Assembly: GCA_012295275.1 (NCBI GenBank) | Contig: CM022665.1 | Span: 930,001-994,000, forward strand | Length of the DNA: 64,000 bases | Reading direction: 5' to 3' | DNA from: Chrysomallon squamiferum | Lineage: Eukaryota; Animalia; Mollusca | In this document: one piece after another, positions 1 to 14,201 of the stretch | Position numbering within the stretch: the first letter of the stretch is position 1 | How the letters are laid out: each line of letters begins with the position of its first letter | Program-made: the position numbers and the translations under genes | Notes under the pieces: generated by a model | What the model saw: the letters and a program-made list of their open reading frames with translations, nothing else | Database searches by the model: none | What the model was told of the DNA's origin: nothing

Positions 1-713
1 CCAGTGAGGTATCTCTACGCATGGCAAATGATATGTCATGTGTATCTAAAGCTCCAACCATGCCTTTTGCCATTTCACTTGCAGCTTTCCCAACAGTTGA
101 TGCAAATGATGACATGTATTCCTGAAATTCTGACAGTCCTTCTGTCAATTCCTTCAGGAACACAGGACAGTGTGTATAATATAAAGAGGCCATGTCAAAA
201 TTAGCCAAGATTTCATCTGATGCAACATGTGCTTTGTGGAAGAGATTTTCCATTTCTGGATCATTGTAATTCTTGGACACTGTGAAGGAGCAGGCCTGTT
301 TTGTGTTAACAGAGGTGTCAGAAAACATGGTGTCATCTCTTGCTGTCTGGTACATAGCTGAAGGAAAGGTGACTGGAGATACAAGACACTCAGGCTGGTC
401 GGTCTGACTCTCCCCCAGACTGAACACCTGCTGATACTGTGATGCTTCTGGTGATACGTCATTCAGATGTAGTCCACCCAAACTACCTTCTAACATCCAT
501 CCATCCTCTGTTAAAATCAAATACAGAAACATTTTATAAGAATGAACATTAAAATATTTATATTCAAGTAACTCAATCAACAATATGATTAACATGACAG
601 TTAAAAAAAATATACATAGATCTATAAAATGTCCTGTGAATGTATTTAATATCAAGGATAAATATATTTTTAAAAATCATATTTGCGAAATAAGAATTTA
701 AAACATAATTAAA

Positions 714-753
<40 letters not shown>

Positions 754-2085
754 TAATAAAAAATAAAAATAAAATGAAATGAAATAAAATAAAATAAAAT
801 AAAAAGAACAAGAACAAATGGAACAAAATAACAATGGGCGACATTTTTATTTTTTTATTTTCAACATAATGTTATCAGTTTATTACCTAATGATGCATGG
901 ATTTTAGCAGTAGTCATTGTAGCTGTGGCAATTTTCTTCCCAGTCTTCCGACCATCTTTCTCAATAAATCGAGGCAGCATTATGCTAAGTCGTTTGAAAA
1001 TGGAAGTAACAACAATTTTGCAATCTCTCTGCAAAACAAAATTAAAATTAAAAATAGAAGATTAATAGTATTTACAATTTTTCGTTTTTTCTAACTTATT
1101 TTTTAAAACAGTCTGTATAATTGTGAATACTTATGCAAAATTATTAAATATTTGATATTTGATAAAGTATTTAAAAGAAGAAAAAAATTAACTGTTTTAA
1201 AGTTGTAATTGAAAATATATAAGAACGCAACAGTAATGTTTAAAAAGCTAAAGAATGAATTAAAATTAAATTATTTGATTATAACTGACCTTGGACAAGT
1301 CTTGGTTTGAAGGTTGTGCTTGAGTTCTAGATTTTCTTTGTTGTTTTTTATCTAGACTTGGAAAAGTCCTCTTCAAAAAACTTAGTACTTCAACCAAAGT
1401 TTCCTGATTGGCTGAAAACATCCAGAATATATGCACAATTTCTAAGTTGTTCTTTATTTCCAAATTCTTATAAAAGTAATGTTAAATTTTAATCCATAAT
1501 TTTTTGCCTGTAAGGGCAAAAAAAAATAATAAAAATAATAAAAATAATTATAACATTTTAAAGAACAAACAGATATAAAACGATTACAAATGCCTGTTTA
1601 CCTATGATGTCCAAATTGTTGAACTGCAGGTTAAAAATGTGCAGACCATCAGATGTCTTATCTGGGCTGGCTTGATCAGGGTAAACTATTTCATATTCTA
1701 AAATAATAAGAGCTTCAGGCTGCACTGTGGGCAAGTCTTGTGGTGTTAACCTATCTTTAGTATCACCTTCCCCAGCACTGCTGTCAACAGAACCTAGAAA
1801 TGCAAACAGTTTATGTATTTTGTCTGTCAAGAATTAACTTGTATTTTACATTTGCACAATAAAACTAGAAAACAGGGTTAACAATTTATTGGACAATTAT
1901 TTATTATAGACTGAAGATTAAATCGTACACATAAAGACCATGTCAGCAATGGACATAATGAAAGTTGTTTTGCTTCATATTAAAATATTTTAAAATGATT
2001 ATAAAAAGGACTAATCAGTAATAATGGTCTGCTAATAGAAAACTTTAATTCTGTAGTCTGAAGCAAGATCTAATTATAAAAAAAA

Positions 2086-2116
<31 letters not shown>

Positions 2117-2906
2117 TTATAATTTATCTGACAGTAGTACTTAGAAACATAACAATGTAAACTACTATCATCCAGATTAATACAACGTACCTGATGATAT
2201 GACCTTATGGAATGCATGTGAAAGCTTGTCCTGCATGGACTGAAATGTTTGGAATGGGAAATCAGGAGAATCACATGGCGAGTTTGGTGAAGCTGGGCTC
2301 AGAGGAGATGCTGCTCCAGATCCTCGCATACTTCCACTTTTACTGTCCAGACTTGAAAATATAAATTAAAAAATTATAAACAAAAACAAGTATATAGATT
2401 ATTATCTACCCAGTTAACAGTTGGAAAAAAAAGGGGAAAAAAGGCCTGGAAATGATCTCCTCTAACTTCACTGAACTTAGGACAAATCTGCATGTATGTC
2501 CATTACTTTTACTGTTTATTTTATCAATATTAAATTTCAGCTTAATGTACGGGAATTTAAGTTTTAAGGATTTCATCTGGACATCAAAAGAAGCAGCTAT
2601 CAAAGTAATAACTGACGAGTTCATTCCATTTAGCTACTACTATTTATTTGTCATACCTTATTAAAGAGAATTACATACACAAGATTCTTATGAGAGGCAA
2701 TAAGCAGCTCAAAGTCGGTCCCATAGCTCTGTAGAGCATCAACGACCAGCAGGCTGTGAACTGTGAGTTTCAGTGATGTGTTCTGAGGCTTCTTTGACAT
2801 ATCTGCCTGAACACCTGAAATCCTCAACTCAACCAAGGCTTGATCTGCAGACACACAAATACAAACTGAATTTGAATTTATTTCATGTTATATATCTGAA
2901 AATATA

Positions 2907-2937
<31 letters not shown>

Positions 2938-5900
2938 GTTTTTGTGCTGTATCAAATATTAATTAATTAGACAAAACAAAATCAAATGATTTAAAACCGC
3001 TGTGAGGTAAATGATACAAACCTTGACTGTGGACCTCTACTGAAAGACTCTGAATGAGGAACTGAAAGACAATCAACTTATTGTCCATTTCATCCTTGGC
3101 CAATCTCAAACTGCTGTCTGACCTAAAATACAAATTAAACAGCAGTGTTTGTATCAAAACTATATTCTTTTATGATAAAGAAATATGTTAACTGTAAATG
3201 TGCCCCGTTTCTTTGTGTGTTTTTTTCTTGTTATTTTTTAATTGATTATTTCAGTAAAAGTAATCATTTATTTTATTAAAACACTAATAAACAGCTGTGT
3301 TATGATTCAGTTTCTGTTCTATTTACTCATTTCAATTATAAACATTATTATTTGTGTTAATTAAATGAGTCACATATTTCTATAATTTAGTATTCATTTG
3401 TTTAATTAATTTGGCTATAACTTGTATAATTAATTCATTTAACAGCTCATTATTCAGATAATTAAGTAAATAAACCTAATAACCACTGCATTTTTTCATC
3501 CCTCCAACAGAGGACTCACAGCTAGTTTATGAAGTGATATGTAAACCATTTGTTTGGTATCTAACAACTGTAATAACAGAGTAGTGGAGTTTTCAAAGAA
3601 ATATTCATTCCATGCATTCTCTGACAATCATTTCTGTTAACTTACTCTAACAAAATAGGTCTTGCATCTTCTGATGCTTCAGATTCCAAACTTGCTGATG
3701 ACACATTCTCAGTGAAGCCTGTTTCAGGTGTTGATGTTGAAGACAGGATATTAAAGCAAACATTAAGGGCATGGATCTAAAACAAATGTGAAAATTAATA
3801 TTTGCTAAAAGTAACAGAACAAAATATTTATTAATTAACAAGCTGGCAGAACTTAAAACATTTTCTTAGTATGACAGAAAAAAGCATTGATTTATGTATG
3901 TATGTATGTAAGTGTACATGTGTATGTAAGAAAGTGTCTGAGACAAGGTTCCTTATATTATCTGTATTGTTTGTGTAAATGTATATGAGTAAAACATAAG
4001 ATTTTAATGACAATATGATTATTCTATGTGTAATAAAAATAAAAAACAAAAAAATAAAATTTAAAAAACATTATAAACCTTTCTTTCATTCAAGTGAAAT
4101 ATAAAAGCTGGAAGATTTCCTGCAAGTGTCATCTTTGGCCACTGTGGGTCTGAAGTCACAACAAGCCTTCTGTAATTACAAATCACAAGTCACTTTTCTT
4201 CTTCTTTTAATTTCAGGAAAACACAATGTTTGTTATTTTTAACAATGATATTTTTCATGGTGACATTTTAAGCCAGTAATATTATGAAGAGCTCACCTCT
4301 CTAACTGCAGTGATATTGTGAATCTGTCAATAACATGAAGGCGACTGGAAACTCGACTGTATGCATGTTTCCAGTTATCCTGAGGCCGACCAAGAAGAAC
4401 TTGCATGTCAGTTAACTCAATGTTGTACCTGAAATGTGAAAGTCAGTATTCTAAATGTATTTTTACATAACAAAAAAGATTAAAAGATTATTTTCTATAG
4501 AATTATGTCTTTTATGCATAATTATGTAATTAACAAAAAATATGCAGAAAATAATTTCTTTTTAATTTTTTTAATACTAATAAAATATTTCCATGAAATA
4601 AAAACATCTTTTACAATCAAAATAATTATAACTTCTGTTTCAATGAGTTAGGTGTGTGCATGCATGTGTTTTATAATTTCCGTATGCATACCTCTCATAC
4701 AGGTGGTCATGGACTGCTGTTGACGACAGAGCAGACAAGGATGTGTTGGAAGTTTCTCGTGACATGTTATGCTCTGGTATGTTTACATCAAAGTTTTTAT
4801 CCATTTCATTTGGAGGGGTTGACAGTGGAGTGTGGAAATCATCTGCAATCATACACATACACATTATTATTTCTGTTTTTAAAGAAATATTTTATTCCAG
4901 CTCTTTTTGTATATATATAAATAAATTATATAAAGAAAGAAAAAGTAAATTACACACAGAAATTAATGATATTTTATTATTACACAATACACTAGTGATT
5001 CATCCAAAATTAACCTGACTCAGTTTTTGTAACATTTAACTTTTACCTTCATCTTCTTTAGTGTCAGTATTTGGCAAACACTTCTCTTGTGTTTTTGATG
5101 ATATTGTCTGGAAACAGAACTTGCCCAAGTCTATGACAACCATATTACTTGATGTATCACAGTAGTTTTCTGGAATTATCAGTTTTGGTGCTGATATATC
5201 AAGGTTGACATCCCATCTTATTGTTGTGCCCTGTATTCAAATAAATTTAAAAGGCCTACATTATAAGTTTACATTATTCTTGAGTGGAGAATATGTAACT
5301 GTTAAGGTATTTTATAGAGGAATGTTTAATGGAAGGATAAAAAAAAAAAAAAAACACAAACCCCCCAAAAAACAATCTGTTTGTCTTACAAAAATATCAG
5401 AGAAAAAAATGGCTGAAATTAATTTTCCAATGAGAATATGTAACGTAGCAGTGATATAGCTGATTAAAAAATAAAAATAAAAAACAAAATGTGTGCTCAA
5501 AAATAATAATATACGTATACAAATTAAGATGAATTTATACACTCCTGATTCATTAAAGTTTTAGTAATATTTCAAAATCTTTTAAAGTAATAATTATTTT
5601 AAAACTACAACAGAAAATGCAAGTTTAAACAATACTCAAAATATGTCTATTATTATTTTTGGTTTCTGTTTAAAAAGAAGAAAATTTACCTCAGCTTCCA
5701 ATAACTGGTCAAGTGTGGCCATCAATTCATCTGGAGACTGCTTTTTTAAATTCTCAAATTTCCAAGCTGATGCTGCAAAATGTTTTAAAAATGTTATAAA
5801 AATAAATCAGTTTAAAAATACTGAGGAGACTTCAATGAATGTAATATATTCGCTTAACAACCCCTCATTTTAACATTAATTTTACTAAGTGTTGTTAATA

Positions 5901-7335
5901 GGTTTTTCCACATAATGATGGGCTGAAAGAAACCTTAGGTCTACTACTCTATGCTGATTTTTGCATAGTCACCTCAACACATGCAGGAAAGCAAAACAGA
6001 CTGAGAACTTTGCCAAAAAGGGAAACAGCTCAATGACACCAGGGAGGACAGAACTTGTGATTCATCATGTCTCAGGGAAGATGCCCAGGCTCTAAGCTAT
6101 AGCATTCTCCCTTTTGTCAGAGTTACAGTTAAAACTAATGTACTGATAATACCTCTAGATTTGTGGGCTTTTCTGATTCGGCTCACAGAAGCAAAAAATC
6201 CATGAAGGCTTTTGAAGAATGTAGGTGAATACACAATGTCCAGAGGTCTTGTTTTGATGGATGTACTAAAATATAATAACAACAATAAATTTTATTTTCT
6301 ATAGTAGAATGAATCCAGCAAATACACAATAAAAATTTCAAAAAACAACTTTTCTTCCAAAAAATAAACACGTGTTATATTAGTCTTACAACATAAGAAA
6401 AATAACAGGTCAATTTTGTCAATATATATTCGGAATCAGAAGGAATTAGGTCATTACTATGATATTAAAACAGAAATTAGATCATTTCTAATAATTAATG
6501 ATCTAAAACATTACCAAATTCCAATAAAAATTAGAGCAGATTTACCCATATCTAAAGAAGCTTGTTGGAGGATTCTTTTCATAGAGAAATTCAAAAAATT
6601 TCCAGTCATGCGCAGGCTCATCAGGAGTCCTGGGTGGACTTGTTTCTGTTGAATGTTGGTTTCGAGCACCGATTGGAAATGGCTGTCTACTAAAATCCTG
6701 TATAGAAAAATAAAAAATAAATAAAAAATAAAAATACATATACATATATAAAATCCTCCTGCAAAAAGATGTGGTACATAAAGATGCATTTTATTCTCTA
6801 GGTGATTTTTAATAATTAACACTATCAGATGGAAGTAAATCAGGAAATGTTTACGCAGAAAAAAAATTAAAAGAAAATGAAGAAGATGATAATAAATTAA
6901 ATGAACCTAACTAAAGTATGACATTTCTTTTGTCAACAATTTATAATTTTTCATTAACTTTATATGATTTGATTATTTTTTATTTCATATTAGTAGTAAA
7001 AGGAAAATACAGTATAAAGAGTTTTTTTTAATTAATTAAATATCTAAAAACATTTCTGATAATGATGGTATCATTATGAAATATCTACAAATGCATTTCA
7101 CTACTTGAAGTGATTTTCACAGATAAACACATGACAGTTCTGTATACCTGTGTTTGTGGTGCTACTACGTATGGGAAAGCACAACCTTTAGTTGCTTTGT
7201 CTTGGAGGTAAAGGCAGCCTACAGCTAGTTTGAATTTCATTGCACTAGTTCTTGGCCTGGACTCAAACTCCATAGAAATGGTTGAACACTGAAGTTCAAC
7301 CAGTGGCACTGGTACTGGGAAAATAAATAAATACA

Positions 7336-7366
<31 letters not shown>

Positions 7367-10300
7367 ATAGAAAAATAGATAAATAGATAAACACAGATAG
7401 ATAGATAGATAGATAAATAAATAAATGTACAATTATTATTAAAAACAAATTCAGGTACAACCATAACATGGACAGAGTTAAAACAGCTAAATATGCACTT
7501 TGAAATACAAAAAGTATAAAGAAACTATTTTACTTTCATTAATAAACAATTTTTTTTTTTAGATTATGCATATTTATAAAATGTAACAGATACCAAAAAT
7601 GTCCTCAAATTAAGTATGACAAAAAAGAATCTTTTATCAATAAACAATTAAAAGAAAATATGTAGTTAACCATGGTCTTTTATTTCCAACAATTCAAATG
7701 AACCCTTTGCCAAAGTAAAGGTCAAATGAGCAAAAACAGTATCCTTGCGGAGAAATGAGATATTTTCTGTTGAGTCCATGATGACATCCATAATTTCTTG
7801 CTCTGTTAAAAAGGAAATATATATCCTTACAGCATAATATTCAAAAAAATCTTCTTAAGTGAAACCATGGCAGATATAAAAAGATTTTGTGAACACAGTT
7901 TTTGAAGATACAATGAAAGATGGCTGAATTAATAAATTATTAAGTACAAAATTTAATAAACCATTCCTAAGTATTTTTAATATTTAATAATAATACATTA
8001 ATTAATTAATAACATAAAAATATATTTTTGAAAATGCTTTATTATAATATTTCAATAAAGTAAAAAATTAAATTAAAAAAGAAAAATTTTGGTAATTCTG
8101 ATTAACAAGGGTTTTTTTTGTTTTTTTTAAATAAATAAATAAATAAATAAATAAGAAGTTAATAATGCATGAAGATAGAACTCAATACCTATTTGTACAG
8201 TGCCTGTACTACTGCCAGCCTCTGAAATCTTTTCTTGTTCAACATTACTGTTAGGTTGTGAAACAGGAGCTTGTGACCAACCTGACCACCCTGGAAACCA
8301 GAGGCGGAACAATCCCTGTTTTTCTTTTGCAGGAGATGTTGCTTCTTCCTGGGTAGGTGCAGCTTTTTCAGGAATTGGCTTAAATAGCAACATTTATATA
8401 AAAATATTTGTAAAGTTTTATCACCAAACTACAAGAAAATTGACAGATTCAAGGGTAAAAAACATAAATGGTACATGAATCAAATATTTTGTTGTCTGAT
8501 ATTTAACTTCGTGAATGAACTAAGAATAATAAAGGCATGATATTGAGTGGTGAAAAAGAAAAGGAAAAAAAAAGGGAAAAGGTCTGATTACTAAATGGAT
8601 GAACCTAAAAACTGATTTTAATTATAAAGCAAAGTTACCAGTTTGTTCTCTCTACGAAGTTTCGACAAAACAGCTTCTCTTAGGATTTTTAGTTCTTCAA
8701 AATCCAATACCTCTTCAATATGGGCTTTTTCTGCCTGAAAATACAAATAAATATATAAATAAAAACTGTTGAAAGCTGGTTTTCCTCAAACCAGAAAGAA
8801 CAACTGAATCATTTATATACAGTGTACAATAATAATGTCTGAAAGATTACACAATAGTTATATAAAATACCTCTGCTGACAAGGACAGTGCATCTTCTGT
8901 TACAGAGATCAAATAATGCCTGGTATAGGTCACCAAGTCGTGCACTCTTTTCAAGATGAAGTCTTTGGTATGTCGCTGGTTCTTGTCCTGTATGTGCTTT
9001 AAATGGCAGTTAATGGCAAACTGCCACCATAACCTTGGGCTAGAATAAAATTATAATAAATACATTATATCTAAGTACCTTTTTCTCCATGGCAATTCTG
9101 TACATATAGTATCAATCATAAATTACAAAATATAAAAAAAAAAATAAAAAAAACCAACAGTAATATAAAGCACAACTAAATGAATAATAGTTTTCTAAAT
9201 TTTAAAACAAAATGTAGAAAGGGTAACTGAAAAAACAACTAAAGTTGCTGTCTTTAGTCAGTAACGTTAACAAATATTAAATCTAAAAATTAGATTCCTT
9301 ATTCTTATATATGTTATTTACCTTTCTCTGATGGAGGTTTCTGGCCTGTCTTTTCGATGTTTTCTTCTTAGCCCATGCCGCTCAAACTCAGACTGCCACA
9401 ACATAAGACACTGATACTGCAATGATGTCAGGGCAAACCTGATTTTATCCAGGCTGATATCAATGTTTAGTCTTGGTGAGGTTGGGGATCGCAGTGGAAG
9501 AACAGATGTACTGCGTGTGACTTTGGCTTGAGCACTAATGGGACTAAGAATATTGCAGTGTTCTTTGAAATTCTTGTCAAGTGTTGATATAAACATATCT
9601 CTCTGCATTGCATCCTAAAACAAAACTGGATGTTTAACTTTTTTAAAACAAAACAAAAATGTTAAATAGTATTACTTAAAACTATTTGAAGAGTTTCATT
9701 AAGCTTGAATATTAATCTGAAAACTGGATTATTGATTGATGAAAATTGGGCTTGGTTTTAGGACTGCTGACCATAGTTTTTGTTTCATATATCTCTTGAG
9801 ACAAGAAATAATCTTTGAAATAAACTATAAATAAAACCAACAAGAAAATAAAATCAGTAATCAACCAGTGCATGTGTATGAATAAAATGTTTTTTCAACA
9901 GTTAATATTAACAATAACATTTTGTCCAAAAATCCTTTATTTACATGAATTAATGATTTTTAAATAAACCTACACAAAATTTTCATTTCTGTTTCTTTCT
10001 TCTTTTTTTTTCACTTTTAACATATACAATTAATTTTGAGCCAAATATACAGTATTTTCTATGAATTTATATATTTTTGAAATAAACATACCATCAGTTC
10101 TGTGAGAGGCAAGTCTCCCAACATTGTTGTGTTAGCATCACAGTATAAAGAAAAGTTCTGAAGGTCTGCTAGTTTGAACATCATGTCTGAAGATGTACTG
10201 TGTACAAAGCTTGGAATCTGGGTTTAAATTAATAATGTTCAAAATACTAAATAATATATAGATATATATATTTAAATTTTGAAAAAATAGTAACACAGAT

Positions 10301-13300
10301 AAAACACAGAACTTTAGAAAGTAAATATCTGAAAAAGAGTCATGTCACAAAATACCAGCCAATTCTGAAACAAGAAATTAACTGCACTTTTATTTTGAAA
10401 ATTTTACAAAATGAAAATAAACAATATATTTTAAATTTGTTTATTTATTTATTTTATTTTATTTTATTTTTTTTGGGGGGGGGCTTTAAATTCTAAATGC
10501 ATCAGTTGACAAGGAACCTACAGTTGTATTTTTAATATGTTATTTGAAAAACACTCACCCAATTTCCATCTGTACTCTGAGCACTAAGCTTCTTGATCAT
10601 CACTCCACAAGCAAATGGACAGGACGAGTTCAAGTGTTCATCCTCATATCGGAGGTGAATATCACTGACAATCAGCTTTATAAATAATTAAAAATAGCAT
10701 TTTTATATATATAAATAATTTCACAAAAATTTTATTTAGAATTAAAATAATCAAATGATTTAATAACATAAAAACACCATTTAATGAAATACAATATAAG
10801 GAAAAAATCAACAACCATAAAGTCTTGATTATCATATTGAGACACAAGGGTCCCCATTAGTCTCTAACTACTGTTGTAAATGCATTTCACTAAGGCAAGA
10901 ATTATGCTTTCAGTACCTGTATGTTTTCAAGAATATTTGCAGCCATTGAAGCCCCATATGAAAACCATGATGAAGATGTCAGCTCTGCTTGTTTGCCCTG
11001 CTTCAAAACCTGAAACACAAGAAAAGAAAACTCACTGATTAATTCATAATAACATCAAATAAAATACGTATGCTTTATATAAACAAAATAAAATTAAATT
11101 AAACTGCAATTTAGTGGGTAAAAAAGTCATATATATATATATATGTATGTATGTATAAATTTTAACACATTTTATTTATTTAAAAGATAAAAGTCATCAT
11201 CTTTATTAATATTCAGTGGTAACATTAAATATGTATCTGTTTCATTGTTCATGACAAATACATCAACATTCTAATTATTAACAGCAGTTAAAATTCTTGT
11301 TTTTATTTTTCTTCAAATGTCAGTCATATGAAATATTATAAATTTAATATCAAACATAGTTCCACATAAAATAAAAATAGTTTTGAATTAAACGTATTGT
11401 ATAACTATATTATTACTTATTCAAGTTACTAGAATATACAAAACCTGTAAAACTATGTAACAATGTTCATAATGAATATTAAAACAGTATTAATTTATTT
11501 GAAAGGTCTGTTACTGAATAGCATTAAACAAGTAACACCTGGATATGTTTGGCACACATGTATATAATTAACAAGCATTGTAAAAATCTAAAATTTCTTG
11601 AGACTGACTAAAATATATTCAGTCAACTTTCAAATGATCATCAAACAGTTTTTCACATAATTATAATAATTGACTTGATTTCCATCATTTGTTTCCATTT
11701 TTACTTAAAACCTCCTATATACAGAAAAAAAAATTAAAAAATCAACAGCATTCAGTTATGTGTAACTGGAGGAAATACATTTCTTAACATTAATTTTTGT
11801 AAACAAAAGCATCCCACGATATACTTAAATGGACAAAACAGTCCATTAACAATTGATTTATTAAGAACCAGGAGTTCTCTGATAGCTATGTTCTAGGTAA
11901 AAGTATTGATTATCAACCAGATGTTGTCAAACACAATATTCATGAAACAGTGTGATACTTTGTCATACTGTCAAAGTACAGCATTTTAACTATAAAACAT
12001 AGATTGAAAATTTTTTGTTTAGATCTGTGCAGAATTCTATTACATATAAAGGTTAATTAGGTAATAAGATTATTATACACCTCTATTTCTATTTACAATT
12101 TATGCTAATATTCATGAAAAATGTATTGAAGATAATTAAGTCTACATAAAATTTACATACAAGCCACTTCAAAAAGAAAACAGAACAAAAAATTGTTTAT
12201 CAACTCCATATTAGTAAGTGAAGAGATGATCAAATAAATCAATGTGATGTGATCATGGAAAAAATGTCACATGAAGTCACTAAAAATCCACTTTTTATTT
12301 TTTGTTTTTTTTATGATTTAACAGATTTGTTATTCAGCTTTTCAGAACTAATTAAATGTTTTCTCTAGCTAACTTGATTAGAACTGAAGTTATGTTACAA
12401 TAAAAGACATGCCTATCTACAAATGAATAGGCAGAAAAACAGGTTCCAAATTGTGCGTGAAATATTAAGCTTTATTCAAATGTGATCCTTAACTCTTTTA
12501 TCTACATTTCCTAAAACTGCAATCACAGCAACTTGACATGAGATGAAAGTCTGCAAAATGTATTTATAAAATAATTAAGATGAAAGAACATATTTATATT
12601 TAATAATGGATATGACATTTTCACACTCTTGTAACATAATCAGCTAATAAATTACAAGGTAGTCAATATTTCTGTTCTAGTAACAGACTGTTCATAAGAG
12701 CCATAACATCTTTATAATAAAAATAAAAAAATTAATAAAAAATAAATAAATAAATAAATACAAATCATATAATACTTGCTAAAGGAACTAATTCAAACAA
12801 GCAATTTATTTCTAACCTTCCACTTTGCTTCAAGTGCATCCAACATCTCTTGTTTGTGTTTCTTTTTTCGTTCTTGCTCTTCCTGTTCATCATACTATAT
12901 CAAAGACAGATTATGCATTAGAAAGAGTTAAATTTGGATAACATTATTTGTACATAAAAAAACATATCTCTAAAAAGGATTACTCATTTGCATCTGTTTT
13001 ACAGAAACATTTAATTAAACAGTTAATTTAGTTTATATAAAATGACATGTCTACTGAAAATATGTATTTTTATGACTTCATAAAACTCAGTGAAATGTTT
13101 AAATGCTTATATAAGTAATCTTAAGGCATATGCTGGGACTACAAAAGCCAAATTAATTCATTTGTCGATGCTTATAGATGTAGATGTGTAATTGAAAAAG
13201 CACACTTTGTCAATTTAATTAAAAAACAAACAAAAAATTTTAAATTATTAATTAGATAATATATATACCTTGAATTCAGTGAGTGGCCCAGCAACCAAAT

Positions 13301-14201
13301 ATATCTTTTCTATTGAAATTACCCATGGTTCACTTCTCAAGCGACTAATTGGAATCTGTAAGGTTATCTTTCCAATCACCCCTAAATAAATGTAAATGAT
13401 GTTTAACAAATTTGTTAATAATATTAGTTTTCTTATTAGTTACAAAACACAGCTTTCAAAAAAAAAAGTTACAGTGAATAAAATATATACTAAATATGTT
13501 AAATTAAATCTATGGATTTAATAAATTAATTTTTTTATATACTTTCTCCAACCTGCAATTCATATGAGTTTTCATAAATGAAATCATTTCATCAACAATC
13601 ATAGTAATAAATCTGTAGCATCTAAAAGGTTTTACTTCAGTGTAGAAACAACATATAATCTAAACAGGCAAAAATCAAAACTAAATATAAAATATAGAAG
13701 GATATAACAATTATAAATCAAAATGAGCCAAATTACCCGATTTCACTTCAAGTGGAATGTCAAGACTTGTCAAGGCATTTTTCTTCAGAGGTAAGTTCTC
13801 AAGTTCAACAGCTCCTACCAAAAACACAATTAGAAATAAATATTTATGATCAATTCAGTTTGCTTTAATAACAGCATAAAACATTAATGTTACATTAATT
13901 GTAATTAAGAAAACCAAAGTTTATTTTTTCATTCTTCTTTTTCTAAATATCTGTTAATGAGGGAAATCATCTTGCATTACTTACATAAACAGATATGAAA
14001 AACAAAATGATTTACAAAAGAAATAATTTCTTTAAAATATACGAAACACTAGTAGTGAAATGTTCTGCCTAAACAAAACTATTATTATCTGTAAAACTGA
14101 TTACCTTGTAATAAAGCTATAGACAGCTGGTCAGTGTTGAGATTTTCAACATATTCACCAACATATGTATTCAAGACCCATGCTGCAAGACCTTCCAACA
14201 T
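1..14201 (-). CDS. VPS13D: Vacuolar protein sorting 13D (bridge-like lipid transfer protein), N-terminal part; 28 coding exons, 3' end outside window
   Basis: ATG at 14201 gives [44 protein letters not shown] (Chorein_N, VPS13D-type start). Later motifs include [38 protein letters not shown] and NLDIIANQET. GT-AG exons with consistent phase: 14105-14201, 13737-13814, 13269-13381, 12817-12894, 10917-11009, 10559-10675, 10092-10217, 9322-9614, 8871-9039, 8639-8734, 8189-8378, 7671-7802, 7148-7314, 6546-6697, 6153-6265, 5690-5772, 5047-5230, 4692-4842, 4297-4428, 4079-4169, 3646-3776, 3022-3122, 2679-2844, 2191-2351, 1602-1793, 1290-1411, 887-1028, <1-507. Confidence 0.95.
5990..6105 (-). mobile_element. 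Possible degenerate tRNA-derived SINE head in a VPS13D intron
   Basis: GC-richer island. The minus strand reads ATAGCTTAGAGCCTGG...CAAGTTCTGTCC, resembling decayed A-box and B-box motifs at tRNA-like spacing. Weak match only. Confidence 0.25.

Noticed and set aside
154-462. 102-aa minus-strand ORF
   Set aside because: It is an alternative frame of the VPS13D exon 1-507; the true frame reads [17 protein letters not shown].
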